A stretch of DNA of 64,000 nucleotides, taken from contig QPGO01000194.1 in the NCBI GenBank assembly GCA_008632985.1, positions 62,001-126,000 of the forward strand. The letters are read 5' to 3'. Within the stretch, counting starts at the first letter, position 1; every line of letters begins with the position of its first letter. Of the stretch, positions 12,804-24,778 are shown one piece after another. The notes under the pieces are model-generated. The model was given only the letters and a program-made list of their open reading frames with translations, was not told the DNA's origin and made no database searches. Source of the stretch: Psammoneis japonica (taxonomy: Eukaryota). Position numbers and translations under genes: made by a program.

Positions 12804-13986
12804 ATGGCTCTTCTGCACCCAAGTTGAAGTCCTGCAGCAGGCAGGGAGGCAAGACATGATCACATGAGTGCTTTATGACAAACATCAATTGTGCCTGCGA
12901 AATTGTCATCCCTGTGTCTCATTGCACTTGCAGCATGGTTGTTCACAACAAAAATCAAGACATGATGAAGAAGCAACACCTCTCTTGCTGTGATGGAAAC
13001 AGTGTCTCTGGTCTTCAAGCAGCCATTGGGGTGGACTTTTCTCCTGTGCAGTTTCATCAGTGGTGCTGTGCTTGTTGCTTGCATCACTTGGGTTTGCACC
13101 TTTGCCAGGGGTGTTTTGTGTGTTGCTTGCATCACTTGGGTTTACACCTGAGCTGGGATGCATTGTCATGGTGAAACCCCCCTCCACAATTTGAAGATGC
13201 CACAGCAATCATCCTTCATTGAGCGCAGAATCCCCAAGTGTGAGTGCACGAGAAAGTTGAGGAATCAAAAAGGAAGCTGTGCACAACAAGCCAAACCAAG
13301 TTCAATGATCTGTGCAAACGGAAGAAACAACAAAGACAGCAGGCCAAGAGACGCAAAAGCAGACAAGATGTTGCCAAAACCTTTGCCAAAAAACTGCCCG
13401 GAAAATGCTCATGCACTGATTTGAGCTCCAGCAAAAAGAGTGATTCTCTTGGCAATGGACTGTGAAGAGTGTCTTCATCATGATGAGAGCAGCACGCACC
13501 ATGACAAGCCCAACAGGAACTGCAATGAATGCATTTTCACACTCATTTTCAAAGTGACACATTTTGATGCTGACCCCACAATGCTTGGGAATCCCTGCAC
13601 AAGCAAGGGCCAGACCAGCCCCAAAAGGCATGCCAACTTGTCCAATCCTGAATTGCTTGAGTTTGTCTTCACTCAACCAACATGCTGTGGATGACATGTG
13701 CATGAGGGCAAGGAAAAAACTTGAGAAAGGTGCGGCAATGCAACACTGGATGAAGGGTGCTTGAGCAGCACAGGCTGCATTTGTTTCCTTTGGCTCCATG
13801 TTCCCCTGAGTCCTCTGGCATGGGCAGTGTCATTGACAGCAACCAAGCTGTCAATGATGTGACATTTGTGCAACTCATGGGCCCAGGTGGGAGCATGCCA
13901 TGCTGGGCAGTGCTCTTCTTTCTTCAAACCAGCATGTTGTGGGTCATGAAAGAAGATCTCTGTTGCACTCAATGCAAATTGCAGTG

Positions 13987-14425
13987 CACAGCTGCTGACA
14001 AGAGTTGGTGCATCACGGCGACGTGTTGCAGCCTTTAAATGTCACAAAGGGCGTGACAAAAACAACCTTTTGTCTGCGTGCATGCTGCGTTGTGAATTCA
14101 CATGAGGAGTGGTTCATCGCAACCATTGGGCAGGAGGCCAGGGGTTCGAAACCCTGAGTGGGAGTTGTCTGCAGCAACGTTGATCACTGTCGAACGCGCA
14201 AAACTCTGTGCAGTTCTGTGTGTTCCTTTGTGCGCACCCACACTGTTCCGCCAAAACCGTGCAGTGTCAGCACACGTTAGCAAAGAGCCGCATGGACGCG
14301 TGACACATGGGAGGAGTGCAACACACAGCTGCCAACAAGAGCCAATGCATCACGGCGACGTGTTGCAGCCTTTAAATGTCACAAAGGGCGTGACAAAAAC
14401 AACCTTTTGTCTGCATGCATGCTGC
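13987..14425. repeat. ~100-bp direct repeat pair (13987-14088 and 14324-14425)
   Basis: tgcatcacggcgacgtgttgcagcctttaaatgtcacaaagggcgtgacaaaaacaaccttttgtctgc occurs twice, offset 337 bp. Confidence 0.9.
14095..14166 (+). other. Degenerate tRNA-like segment (possible SINE head)
   Basis: A-box-like gaggagtggtt and B-box/T-arm cagggGTTCGAAAccctg. No convincing anticodon arm. Confidence 0.3.
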
Positions 14426-15348
14426 AAAATGAATCAGCAGCTTTGAGACAACTGTGCGCGAGACACCTTTTGTCCTTGGCAACACAATGAGCTGGGGCAA
14501 CAGAGCAGACATTCACACAAATGTCCTGCATTGTCCTGGTTGAAGGTGCAGTCTTCATCACCTTCTGTGACTGCCCAAGCGATTGACAGACTGCGACAAA
14601 GTCGCGGCACAAGGGGACATTGCCCAACAAAGAAAGAATTTGTTCTAGATGCACAGTGTTCCATTTCCTGACCAGAGAAGCACATTCTGCCTCCCTTGGC
14701 TGCAATGGCTGCAACTGTCAGCCCTGATGTTCTTGCAGCCACATGAAGGACCCAGAGCACCGAAGTGGCCTCAAACAACTTTGAGGCATCCATGCTGTGA
14801 GAGAGAGAGCACACACAAACAGGCCTCAAAAAACTTGCAAGTCGGCACCACTCCATCAAACTCATGGATCTCACAACTGTCATCAAATGCATGGGCTTGC
14901 AAAAAGACTGACACAAATCCAGGATTGCACAAGAAGCTGAGTGAGCCCCCCAGCTGGTTTTCTTGGGCCCCGTCAGTGAAGAATGGATGAACAGCAGCTT
15001 TTGCTTACAAAACCAGAGAAAAACATCATCAGTCCTGCTCCAAATGCTGCTTTGTAAGTCAGGAGAGGAAAGTGGTGAGCAGAGTTTAACCTCTCAGCTG
15101 TCTGGCGCTAGAATAAATAGAAGGTGCTGGCTGCGTGAAACAGCACGACCATCTAAGCCCAATAGGTGAACCAACTGCGCCAAAATAACCATCGCGAAAC
15201 TTTCTTCGAACTTCAATACAACGGAGAAAACGGCCCACGCCACGTAGATTTCTACGTGTCTTGTACCACGGCGCCTCCATTGCAGACAATCTCTTCTCGT
15301 TCCAGTGCTCTCACAATTTCTGAATTGCTCGTCAGTTCACAGTCCATC

Positions 15349-16430
15349 ATGAAAATCATGAACTTTGTCCTTGCCATCATTGCCGCCATGAGCGCTGGTG
15401 CCATCATTAGCCCTCTCTCTGCATCGTTTGTTGATACGGCAAAGCGCTGCGTTGGCGCCTTGTCGATCAAGGCCACCACGGCGACCGACAGTATCGCCAA
15501 TATCAACCAAGAGCTCCTACGCAAGTTTTTGGACAACACCAGATACTCAGTTATCGATAATACCTCCAGCTACTACCATAACATCATCAGCAACGCTGCT
15601 CCCAGCACTGTTCCCTTCGATAACGCCATCATCATTTCCAGCTTTTGCGTTTATTTTGACGACGGCGACAAGTCTCCGAGTCGCGTCCAAGACCTCCTAC
15701 GCAATACTACGCCCACGATTGTACCAGCAGAAGATGCCAATGAGTATTGTGTCTATGAATATTTTGTTCAGGACGACAATGGCGACTCCAACGACAGCCT
15801 CCAGCAACTCTTTCACAACACTACTCCCGACAGCACGGTTGAAGCCAAGTCAGTCCCGTTCCAAGATACGTTCACGATATTTTTGGAGATCCAGTCGGCC
15901 TTCTTGTCGGACACGTACCGCAGCTTTTCGGATATCAAGTCGGAAGCGTTTCAGCTTTGGTCGAATCTTGTAGACGTTATTTCGAACGACGTCATCTCGC
16001 AAATCCAGACTCAGGCACGCGTTCTGCAGGAACGCGAGAATTTTTTGCCCTTTTTTCGGAACCCAATCTTGTCTAACCATCTCTCTGAGATCAAATCGAG
16101 CGTTGGACATTGGGGGAGAGAGTTTTGGAATTGTCGACAAGCTTGGCTACGCTAGCAAAGACGCAGGCCAACCTGGTTTATGAAAAGGTTTCGCAGTATC
16201 TGGACCCAATTCTGTCTGACTGTCGCTCTACGATTGAGCGGAAGGCTAAATACTGCGGAAAGAAAGTGTTTGATGCATCAATGCGTTTGATGAACGTTCT
16301 TCAAGATTCTCTACCAGTTTTGAAGCCCTGGGAAGAACCCGAGACCGCTGCTGAGGTGCCCGAACCTGGCATTGGAAGTTGGGTCACGATGTTGAAACAA
16401 ATCAGGCTCGCCTTTCGAATCGTTGTTTAA
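15349..16430 (+). CDS. Hypothetical protein with N-terminal signal-like hydrophobic segment; one frameshift near the G-run at ~16112
   Basis: Long ORF with normal Tyr/CpG content, MKIMNFVLAIIAAMSAGAII start, and a protein-like continuation in ORF 16110..16430. Confidence 0.6.
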
Positions 16431-16652
16431 GTACCTGGAGGCATTAGATATCAGGTGGGAGAGAATGCAATCGAGACGTTAGTAAGTCTCGAATAGCATC
16501 GAGGGGAATATATGTTTTAGTTAGCTTCGAGCAGAAAGTATAGTACAAGACATTAAAATTATGATCGTTCGCGTCTCTAATGGGCTCTATGTAGTTATGG
16601 TTACAGCCGATTACTAGTAGAGGGCAAACGGTGCACTCTAGTGAAACTGTAG

Positions 16653-19150
16653 CTAGCACACTCTAGTAACCCTCTGTAGGTACTTTCTAAAGAGCATGGT
16701 AGAGCGAACACAGGGACCAACGTCAAACACGGATCCTTTCCTTTTAGAGCACTTTCCAAATAGTTTGAGAAAAGCAAGTGAATAGCGATTCCACGTTCGT
16801 CGCATCACTGATGCGTCTGCTTCCTGGTATTTCTCTTCATCCGATCCAAACTCATAATCCACTAACGACACATGGTATTTAAAAAAAAGCCGCCGTATTC
16901 GGTTTTGAGTGACACAGTAGCTAATCCATCGGATGTACGAATGCAAGGACGCGTCCAGAATTAGAAAAACAAAACAAAAAATAAACAATGCTTGTTCAAA
17001 ACCCCAAAACGTACTGTACCGTGCATTCCCCGTATCTCGAGGCATATAAGACTAGCTCCTTTTTGAGGACTTCCCGCATCGAACGCCTCTGCCCGATCTT
17101 GTCAAGCTGGTTGCTTTGATCTACGCGAGGTGTCCCTTTCCTGCTGCAGCCCCAATGTTTACAGTATTACGATTATGCTCATTGGATGACCCACTAAGGG
17201 GAGAAGATATTTCTTCGTTGTCAAGTATTCGGATAGCACCGGCAGCAGAATGTGTACCGTCAAAAACTAGCTCAATTGAGCTGTTGTCAGCTTCTTCGTT
17301 AGCCCAACCAATCGACCAACTTGTAATAATTCCTAAATGATAAACGAGAGGAATCTGTGAGCATTACGAGAAAAGCATAATCAAGCAGGCATATTCAGAG
17401 GCAAACATACCCATTTGCTCTTTTTCGTATTCATTCGAGACCCGCGCATGTCGGCATGTGCGGCCATCTTCAATTGTTCCTTGGCAAAGGCATCAGTATT
17501 GTCGACGATGAATCCGATGGGAACAACAAAGGATGATGGCGAGGATGAGGTTGCACTGCTTTCCGATGAATCTCTTTCTTTTACTGGTAGGGTTTACTCG
17601 AAAGCAGCTTGTCGCGAGAGAGTAAGACATGCCAAAGAGCTTGGACCACTGCGTAGCGGAAAGTGCTGGCGAGTTATTGTCAACCGAAGGAAAGGAAAGC
17701 CTGCGTGAGGTACGGACTCGCTTAGTCTATCTCTAGGCTCTCAATCAAAAACCAATGACCGAACCGATTGCCGGAATGTCAAGTTCCACCAACGAAATAT
17801 TTTTCGCAGAGAATCGCAGAAGGCATCTAAAAAACGATCGTGTACCCCGTTGTGCATGTCATCCGCAAGGCCATTGAGTGACAGTAGCTTCAGCGTGCTT
17901 TTCCTCAGCAAGAGAATCAGAGTGCTTGCCAGTTCACCATCACAAAGGTGGTTAGAGAGCACCAGCTATTCGCTTCGGGTTCCATTGCACGTGGCGCCAA
18001 TTAGTGTTGACGTACTTAGGTAAGACCTTTATCACATGGACTCCATCTGTGAACTCTCCGGCAAAACTGCTATTCTTGAATCCAAGGAGGCAAAAATATT
18101 TTGCTGAACCAGCAGCGCATTTATCAATCAACAGAGGCAGTATCTGTCCCTCCCGTTGAAACGAAAAAGACCTTCGCTCCGGCATGAGTAACGAGCAAAG
18201 GTTCAACGAAGAATCGGGCCTGAGATCGCCGACGGGTAGGATCTGTTTTTGAAGCAGTCTCAATGTTGTTGATGATGAGTACGACTAGTATTCTGAAAGT
18301 TTGCCACGGCGTGCATAAGCGCCACAACACCATGCACCAAATCAGCATAGGACATGGCACTCGAGTCATCCACCATGGCATGACTGAAACTCGATGTGGA
18401 GGAAAATGACTATGTGGAGAGCGACTCTCTAGCAATGGCATCCACCAGTCTCAGGCCCTTGCGTGTGGTGAATTGGAATTTATGACCCTGCTGGTGATGA
18501 TTGTGATCCCAATCCCATAAATTCGTCGCCAAGTCAGAGCGAATATGACCATTGCCATCGTCAAGATGGACGCGTATCATTCTTGGTAGCAGTGTCGTCA
18601 TCGTCATTCTCGTTGTCGAGTGTCTTGGATACAAAAGAGCCGTCGACTGTTGCAGCAAACATTCGACTACTACTCGTTGTTGTATTTATTTGTTCCGATT
18701 CGTGTCGACATACTTCCGTAAGACCTTTATCATATGGACTCCATCGCGAATGCTGTTCTTCGAAATATCGAGCTCTTCCAAATCGCACCCCGAGTTTTTG
18801 AATGGCTAGTTCGAGGATAACTGCACAAGCTCCATCGCCGAGACGATTGACACTTACGTCAAGCGACTGGAGATGTGATAAAGCAGGTATGAATTGAAAG
18901 GAACTTCGAACCCGTCGCACTCAAAAGCTCTCTCTCTCTCTCTCTCGGTATGCATCAATAGGTTCCGAGTGCGAGTCTTGTGCAGGTGCAAGGTTTCGTT
19001 GCTCCGATCGCGTCACGTCCTCGGTCTTGTTGTACTGCAACAAATGGTTGTTATCACCTTAAATTCCACCACCAAGGGTATCCTCCATGCCGTCCTCGAC
19101 ACACTTGAGAATGTTCTTCATAAAGCGGTCCACGACTACTCGAGTATGTA
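16653..19150 (-). pseudogene. Fragmented gene with an LRR-like motif
   Basis: LSHLQSLDVSVNRLGDG (LRR consensus) plus several short protein-like minus-strand ORFs broken by stops and frameshifts. Normal dinucleotide content. Confidence 0.3.
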
Positions 19151-19719
19151 ATACAAAAGTGCAGTAGTTAGAAATAGTAATATTGAGTGCAAATCAAACC
19201 ACTCACAACAACGACACCAACAACGCAAGCAGACTTCACACCGTTCCTTTTGCATCTCTCTTGGTATCATCCGTCCATAATAAGCAAAGGTGTACGTATT
19301 TCAAAACACGAAATACGAAATTCCACAACGGTCTACATCGTTGAACACACGCAGTCGTTTTGACACAACAACAAACGCTGATGCCGTTCGCTGGCGCAAG
19401 AACAGGGTATAAAATGACATGGGCAGCAAATGGAAGCTATGCAGCAAACATCTATTGAAGCATCAGTCCACAGGGTTGGCCTTTTGCGCCATCTCGGCCC
19501 CCTTCAGCGGTCGCCGGTAACGCCCACCCCACCATGGTGCTGCCAGCAGTTTTCTACGCTACGCGCTGCGCGGCCGCGTTCTCGTTCGTGTCACGAGTCG
19601 CGATTGCTTGGCGGGACTCGCCGGACTGGATCGAGTCCGCCGGACCGGATCGAGTCCGCTGAGTCCCGCCAAATCGTGACTAAAAAACAGCTCTGGTCCG
19701 CACTGGTCCGTCGAGCATT

Positions 19720-22700
19720 GTAATGATTTGAGAGTGGTGGCGGAGTGTTGCAATGCCCATCTGGTGCAGTTGCAACCATCAGGCACTTTGTCCATGACAT
19801 GGTGAGAGCAGAAACTCCAGAATCCACACTGAAAGAACACCCCAATGCAAACAACCTGCCCAACAACTGCATGCTGAGGGCGCTGAAGGTCTTCAGAGTG
19901 ATGCAGGAAACATTTTGACAATGGCGGTGGAGTGTTGAAGGAATCATCTGGTGTGGGTGCAGCCCCCAGTCACTCAATCCATGAGTGAGAGCAGAAACTC
20001 CTGAATCCACAGTGAAAGAACACCCTGAGGCAAACAACCAGACCAGCAGCTGCATGCTGAGGGGGCGTTGAAATTCTTCAAAGGCACCTGGGGAACACTT
20101 TGAGAATGGCGGTGGAGTGTTGCAAGGTCCATCTGGTGCAGTTGCACCCACCAGACATTCAGTGCATGCCAGAGGGAGTGAGAGCAGAAAAGCTCCTGAC
20201 TCCTGAGAGAAGCGGCACTCTGGTGCAAACAACCAAACCAACAACTGCATGCTGAGGGCATTGAAGATCTTCAGAGGGACCCAGGGAACTCTTCAACAAC
20301 AGTGGCGGAGTGTCACTCCATCCCAGAGTGAAAATGCATGCCAGAGTGAGAGCAGAAACTCCTGAGTTCACAGTGAAAGAACACCCTGATGCAAACAACC
20401 AAACCAGCAGCTGCATGCTGCTGGCATTGAAGTTCTTCAAAGGCACCTGCAGAAAACTTTGAGAGCAGTGGCAGAGGAGTGCAAGGCCCATCTGGTGCAG
20501 TTGCAGTCACCAGACACTCAATGCATGACATGGTGAGAGCAGAAACTCCCAAATCCACAGTGAAGGAACACCCTGATGCAAACAACCAAGCCAACAACTG
20601 CATGCTGAGGGCATTGAAGGTCTTCAGAGGGACCCATGGAATGACTTGAGAGTGGTGGCGGAGTGTTGCAATGCCCATCTGGTGCAGTTGCAACCATCAG
20701 GCACTTGGTCCATTGCATGGTGAGAGCAGAAACTCCAGAATCCACGCTGAAAGAACACCCCAATGCAAACAACCTGCCCAACGACTCCATGCTGAGGGCA
20801 CTGAAGGTCTTCAGAGTGATGCAGGAAACATGTTGACAACAGTGGTGGAGTGTTGAAGGGCTCATCTGGTGTGGGTGCAGCCCCCAGTCACTCAATCCAT
20901 GAGTGAGAGCAGAAACTCTTGAATCCACAGTGAAAGAACACCCCAAGGCAAACAACCAAACCAGCAACTGCATGTTGAGGGCATTGAAGTTCTTCAAAGG
21001 CACTTGGGGAACACTTTGAGAATGGTGGTGGAGTGTTGCAAGGCCCATCTGGTGCAGTTGCAGCCACCAGACACTCAATGCATGCAAGAGTGAGAGCAGA
21101 GAAACTCCTGACTCCGGAGAGAAATGGCACCCTGGTGCAAACAACCAAGCCAACAACTGCATGCTGAGGGCATTGAAGGTCTTCAGAGAGACCAAGGAAA
21201 CTCTTTGACAACAGTGGTGGAGTGTCACAATGCCCATCTGGTGCAGTTGCAGCCACCAGACACTCAATGCATGACATGGTGAGAGCAGAAGCTCCCAAAT
21301 CCACAGTGAAGGAACACCTTGATGCAAACAACCAAGCTAACAACTGCATGCTGAGGGCATTGAAGGTCTTCAGAGGGACCCATGGAATGATTTGAGAGTG
21401 GTGGTGGAGTGTTGCAATGCCCATCTGGTGCAGTTGCAACCACCAGGCACTTGGTCCATGACATGGTGAGAGCAGAAACTCCAGAATCCACACTGAAAGA
21501 ACACCCCAATGCAAACAAACTGCCCAACAACTGCATGCTGAGGGCATTGAAGGTCTTCTGAGTGATGCAGGAAACACTTTGACAACAGCGGTGGAGTGTT
21601 GAAGGGCTCATCTGGTGCGGGTGCAGCCCCCAGTCACTCAATCCATGACATGATGAGAGCAGAAAGAAGCTCCTGAATCCACAGTGAAAGAACACCCAGA
21701 TGCAAACAACCAAATCAGCAACTGCATGCTGAGGTCTTTGAAGTTCTTCAAAAGCACCCAGGGAACACTTTGAGAGTGATGGTGGAGGAGCGCAAGGCCC
21801 ATCTGGTGCAGTTGCAGCTGCCAGACACTCAATGCATGCAAGAGTGAGAGCAGCAGAAAAACTCCTGACTCCTGAGAGAAATGGCACCCTGGTGCAAACA
21901 ACCAAGCCAACATCTGCATGCTGAGGGCTTTGAATGTCTTCAGAGGGACCCAGGAAACACTTTAAGAACAGCAGTGGAGTGTCACAATGCCCATCTGGTG
22001 CAGTTGCAGCCACCAGACACTCAATCCATGACATGGTGAGAGCAGAAGCTGCCAAATCTACAGTGAAGGAACACCCTGATGCAAACAACCAAGCCAACAA
22101 CTGCATGCTGGCTTGGGGCATTGAATGTGTCCAGAGGAACCCATGGAATGATTTGAGAGTGGTGGTCGAGTGTTGCAGTGCCCATCTGGTGCAGCTGCAA
22201 CCATCAGGCACTTAACCCATGACATGGTGAGAGCAGAAACTCCAGATTCCTCAGTGAAAGAACACCCCAATGCAAACAACCTGCCCAACAACTGCATGCT
22301 GAGGGCATTGAAGGTCTTCAGAGTGATGCAGGGAACATCTTGTGCATTTGCAGCCACAAGGCACTGAATGCATGCCAGGGCAAAAGCGGCAAAACTCTTG
22401 AGGACACCCAAGAGAAAGAACACCCAGATGCAACCAACCAACCAACCAACCCAACAATTGCATGCTGAGGGCACTGAAGGTCTTCAAAGGAACCCAGGAA
22501 ATGCTTTGAGAATGGTGACAGAGTGCTGCAAGAAGGCTCATCTGGCGCAGTTGCAGCCACCTGTCACTTCTTCCACGCCAGATCGAGAGCTGAAGCTCCT
22601 GACTCCAGAGTGAAAGGACACCCTCGTGCAACAAACCAGCAAAACAACTGCAAACTCAGAGCATTGAAGATCTTGGTTCAAGCCCAGGGAACATGCTGAG

Positions 22701-23700
22701 GTTGGTGGCAGAGTGATGCAACAACAACAAACATTTGGTCCAGATGCAGCCCCCACTCACTGAGTGCATGCCAGAGTGAGACCTGAAATTCCAACTGCTG
22801 CAGAGAGAAAGGACACACACTGGTGCAACCAACCAACCAAACAAGTGCAGTTTGAGGGCATCAAAGGTCCCTGGGGTTGTCTGGAGAGCAACATGAGAGC
22901 AGTGGTTGAGAGTTGCATGGCTCATTGGCTGCAATTGCACCCCCAAGTCACTTTGTCCATGCAAGAGTGAGCTGAAATTCCTGACTCCAGAGTGATGGGA
23001 TGGGACACCCTGATGCATCCAACCAACCCAACAACTGCAGGCTGAGAGACTTTGAGGTCTCTCAGAGGGAAAAAACACTTTGAGAAATGTGGTTGAGTGC
23101 TGTGCTCATCTTTTGCAGCAGCAAGGAGCCAGCAGCAGTTGTTTCAGTTGTGCCACAGCCAGAGCTGAAATTCCCACATTTCAGTGGGAATTGACACCCT
23201 GATGTGCAATCAGCACAACAGCTGCAGGATGAGGGCAATGATGATGGTCTCTGGTGGAGCCCAGGGAACACTTTGAAAAATGTGGTCGAGTGCTGCAGTG
23301 CCCATTGCTTGGCCCATCACAGAGCTGGGGCTTGCAACTCCAGAGAGTGAAAGCAAATGATGATGTGCAGCCAACAGATGTCTTTTGCAGACTGGGAATG
23401 TTGGTGGACTCTGGTGGAACCCATGGAACACTGTGAGAGCTGTGGTTGAGCAGTGCAAGGTCTGTCTGGTGCAGCAGTTGTGTGTGGCTGGAGCCAAGTT
23501 TTTTCATCACCCAGCTAGAAAAAAGAGAGCGAGAGTGTGACTTCAAGCTCTCCTGTCTCCAGAGTGAAAGGACAAACTGGCGCATGGCCTGCCAACACAC
23601 CAGCTGCAGACTGGTGGCAGTGACGGGGGTCTTTGATGGAACCCAGAGAACATTGAGAGAACTGTGGTGACAAAAACAACAAGATTCACACACGCATGTG
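19720..23700. repeat. ~187-bp tandem satellite (~20 units) with a ~750-bp four-monomer higher-order repeat
   Basis: The anchor gagagcag recurs at 19804, 19987, 20180, 20348, 20535, 20722, 20905, 21092, 21281, 21468, 21655, 21846, 22038 and 22229. Units become more diverged toward 23.7 kb. Confidence 0.95.
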
Positions 23701-24074
23701 CAGCATGAGATTGTTTCCTCTTTTCTCACGCAGCATGAGCACCACTTCAGAATCATCCATTGCACAGCAGCACAAAAACATGCATGGATTCTGTGTGGGT
23801 TGTTCTTTGTGGGTTGTTCATGTTGCCAGCAATTCGCACAAAAATCAAGCAAAAATCAGTGACAACATGAAGGAAAAGCACAATTAACCTGTTCTTCATA
23901 GGTTCTACATCGCGTGTTGGCGCTCGTGGCCATGACAGATTTTCTTACACAAGGAGCTCGTCATTTTACAAACAAGCAGTTTTCAGGTAAGTAGAAGTAG
24001 ATTAAGTAGATTTCGAGCTCTTTAATGAGAAAACGTCATGATGTCGGCAATTGATTTTTTCGGTGACACTTGTG

Positions 24075-24400
24075 GATGCGTTGAATTTTTACCCAACAAT
24101 TAGAGAAATGAGTTGAGAGTGGGCCGCGATTGAGAATTGCTGGGCCGCGATTGAGAAAATGAACATGCAAACATCAATCGATGAGGGCAGCCACAGCAAA
24201 AGTGTTGGATGCATTGGATGCATTGGATGCATTGAGTTGTTGCCCAACAATTGAGAAGAATGCATTGAGAGTGGGCCACAATTGCGAATTGCTGGGCCAC
24301 GATGAGAAAATGAACACACAAATGTCAATCAATGAACATTTGCGGTGGAAGCATTGGATGCGTTGATTTTTCCCAATTGGAGGAAGAATGCATTGAGCTT
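24075..24400. repeat. ~150-bp tandem duplication (about 2.3 units) with internal gcattggat repeats
   Basis: cccaacaatt...gagagtgggcc(g/a)c(g/a)att...gagaaaatgaaca occurs at ~24092 and ~24243. Confidence 0.8.
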
Positions 24401-24778
24401 TGACGAGGAGCTCAACGACCATGACCACCAGTCAACTCGACAGCATCATCCACCTGTCGTTGATGACAGTCTGACAAAGTCAAGAGCAACCCGTGGGAAA
24501 TGGCAGAATGCAAAATCCTCATTCTTGCAGCGGAAAAGGGGTCACAGTGAATCCAGTGCGTGCAAAGTCAATGGTCAATTCCGCGGCACATCCTCAGAAG
24601 CAAAAGCACTTGACAGAGTCGAAGGATGAGAAATGAGAAACTCCAGGGTGCCGTGGTGATTGAGGCATCTTGTTGGAAGGCGGTGTCGCATTGCTTTTTT
24701 CACAGTCTGCCAAGAGTGAGGATGCTGTGACCTCCTCACACTCCAAGGACTGCCGATGTCGCTGGGAACAAGTGAGTC

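Larger units (their letters stand above)
1..15000. other. TpA- and CpG-depleted repeat block 1 (hypermutated, nested TE relics)
   Basis: Manual count gives ~3 TA and ~5 CG in bases 1-600, versus 5 TA in the single line 16441-16500. ORFs here almost lack Tyr and are Cys/His/Trp-rich. Composition normalises near 15.0 kb. Confidence 0.9.

Noticed and set aside
14095..14166. Functional tRNA gene
   Set aside because: No proper anticodon arm and an imperfect acceptor stem.
1..15000. Classical fungal-type RIP
   Set aside because: RIP converts CpA to TpA and enriches TpA. Here TpA is depleted and CpA/TpG are enriched.
19720..23700. Satellite as a repeat-protein gene or CRISPR array
   Set aside because: Unit lengths are mostly not multiples of 3, frames rotate between units, and there are no unique spacers.
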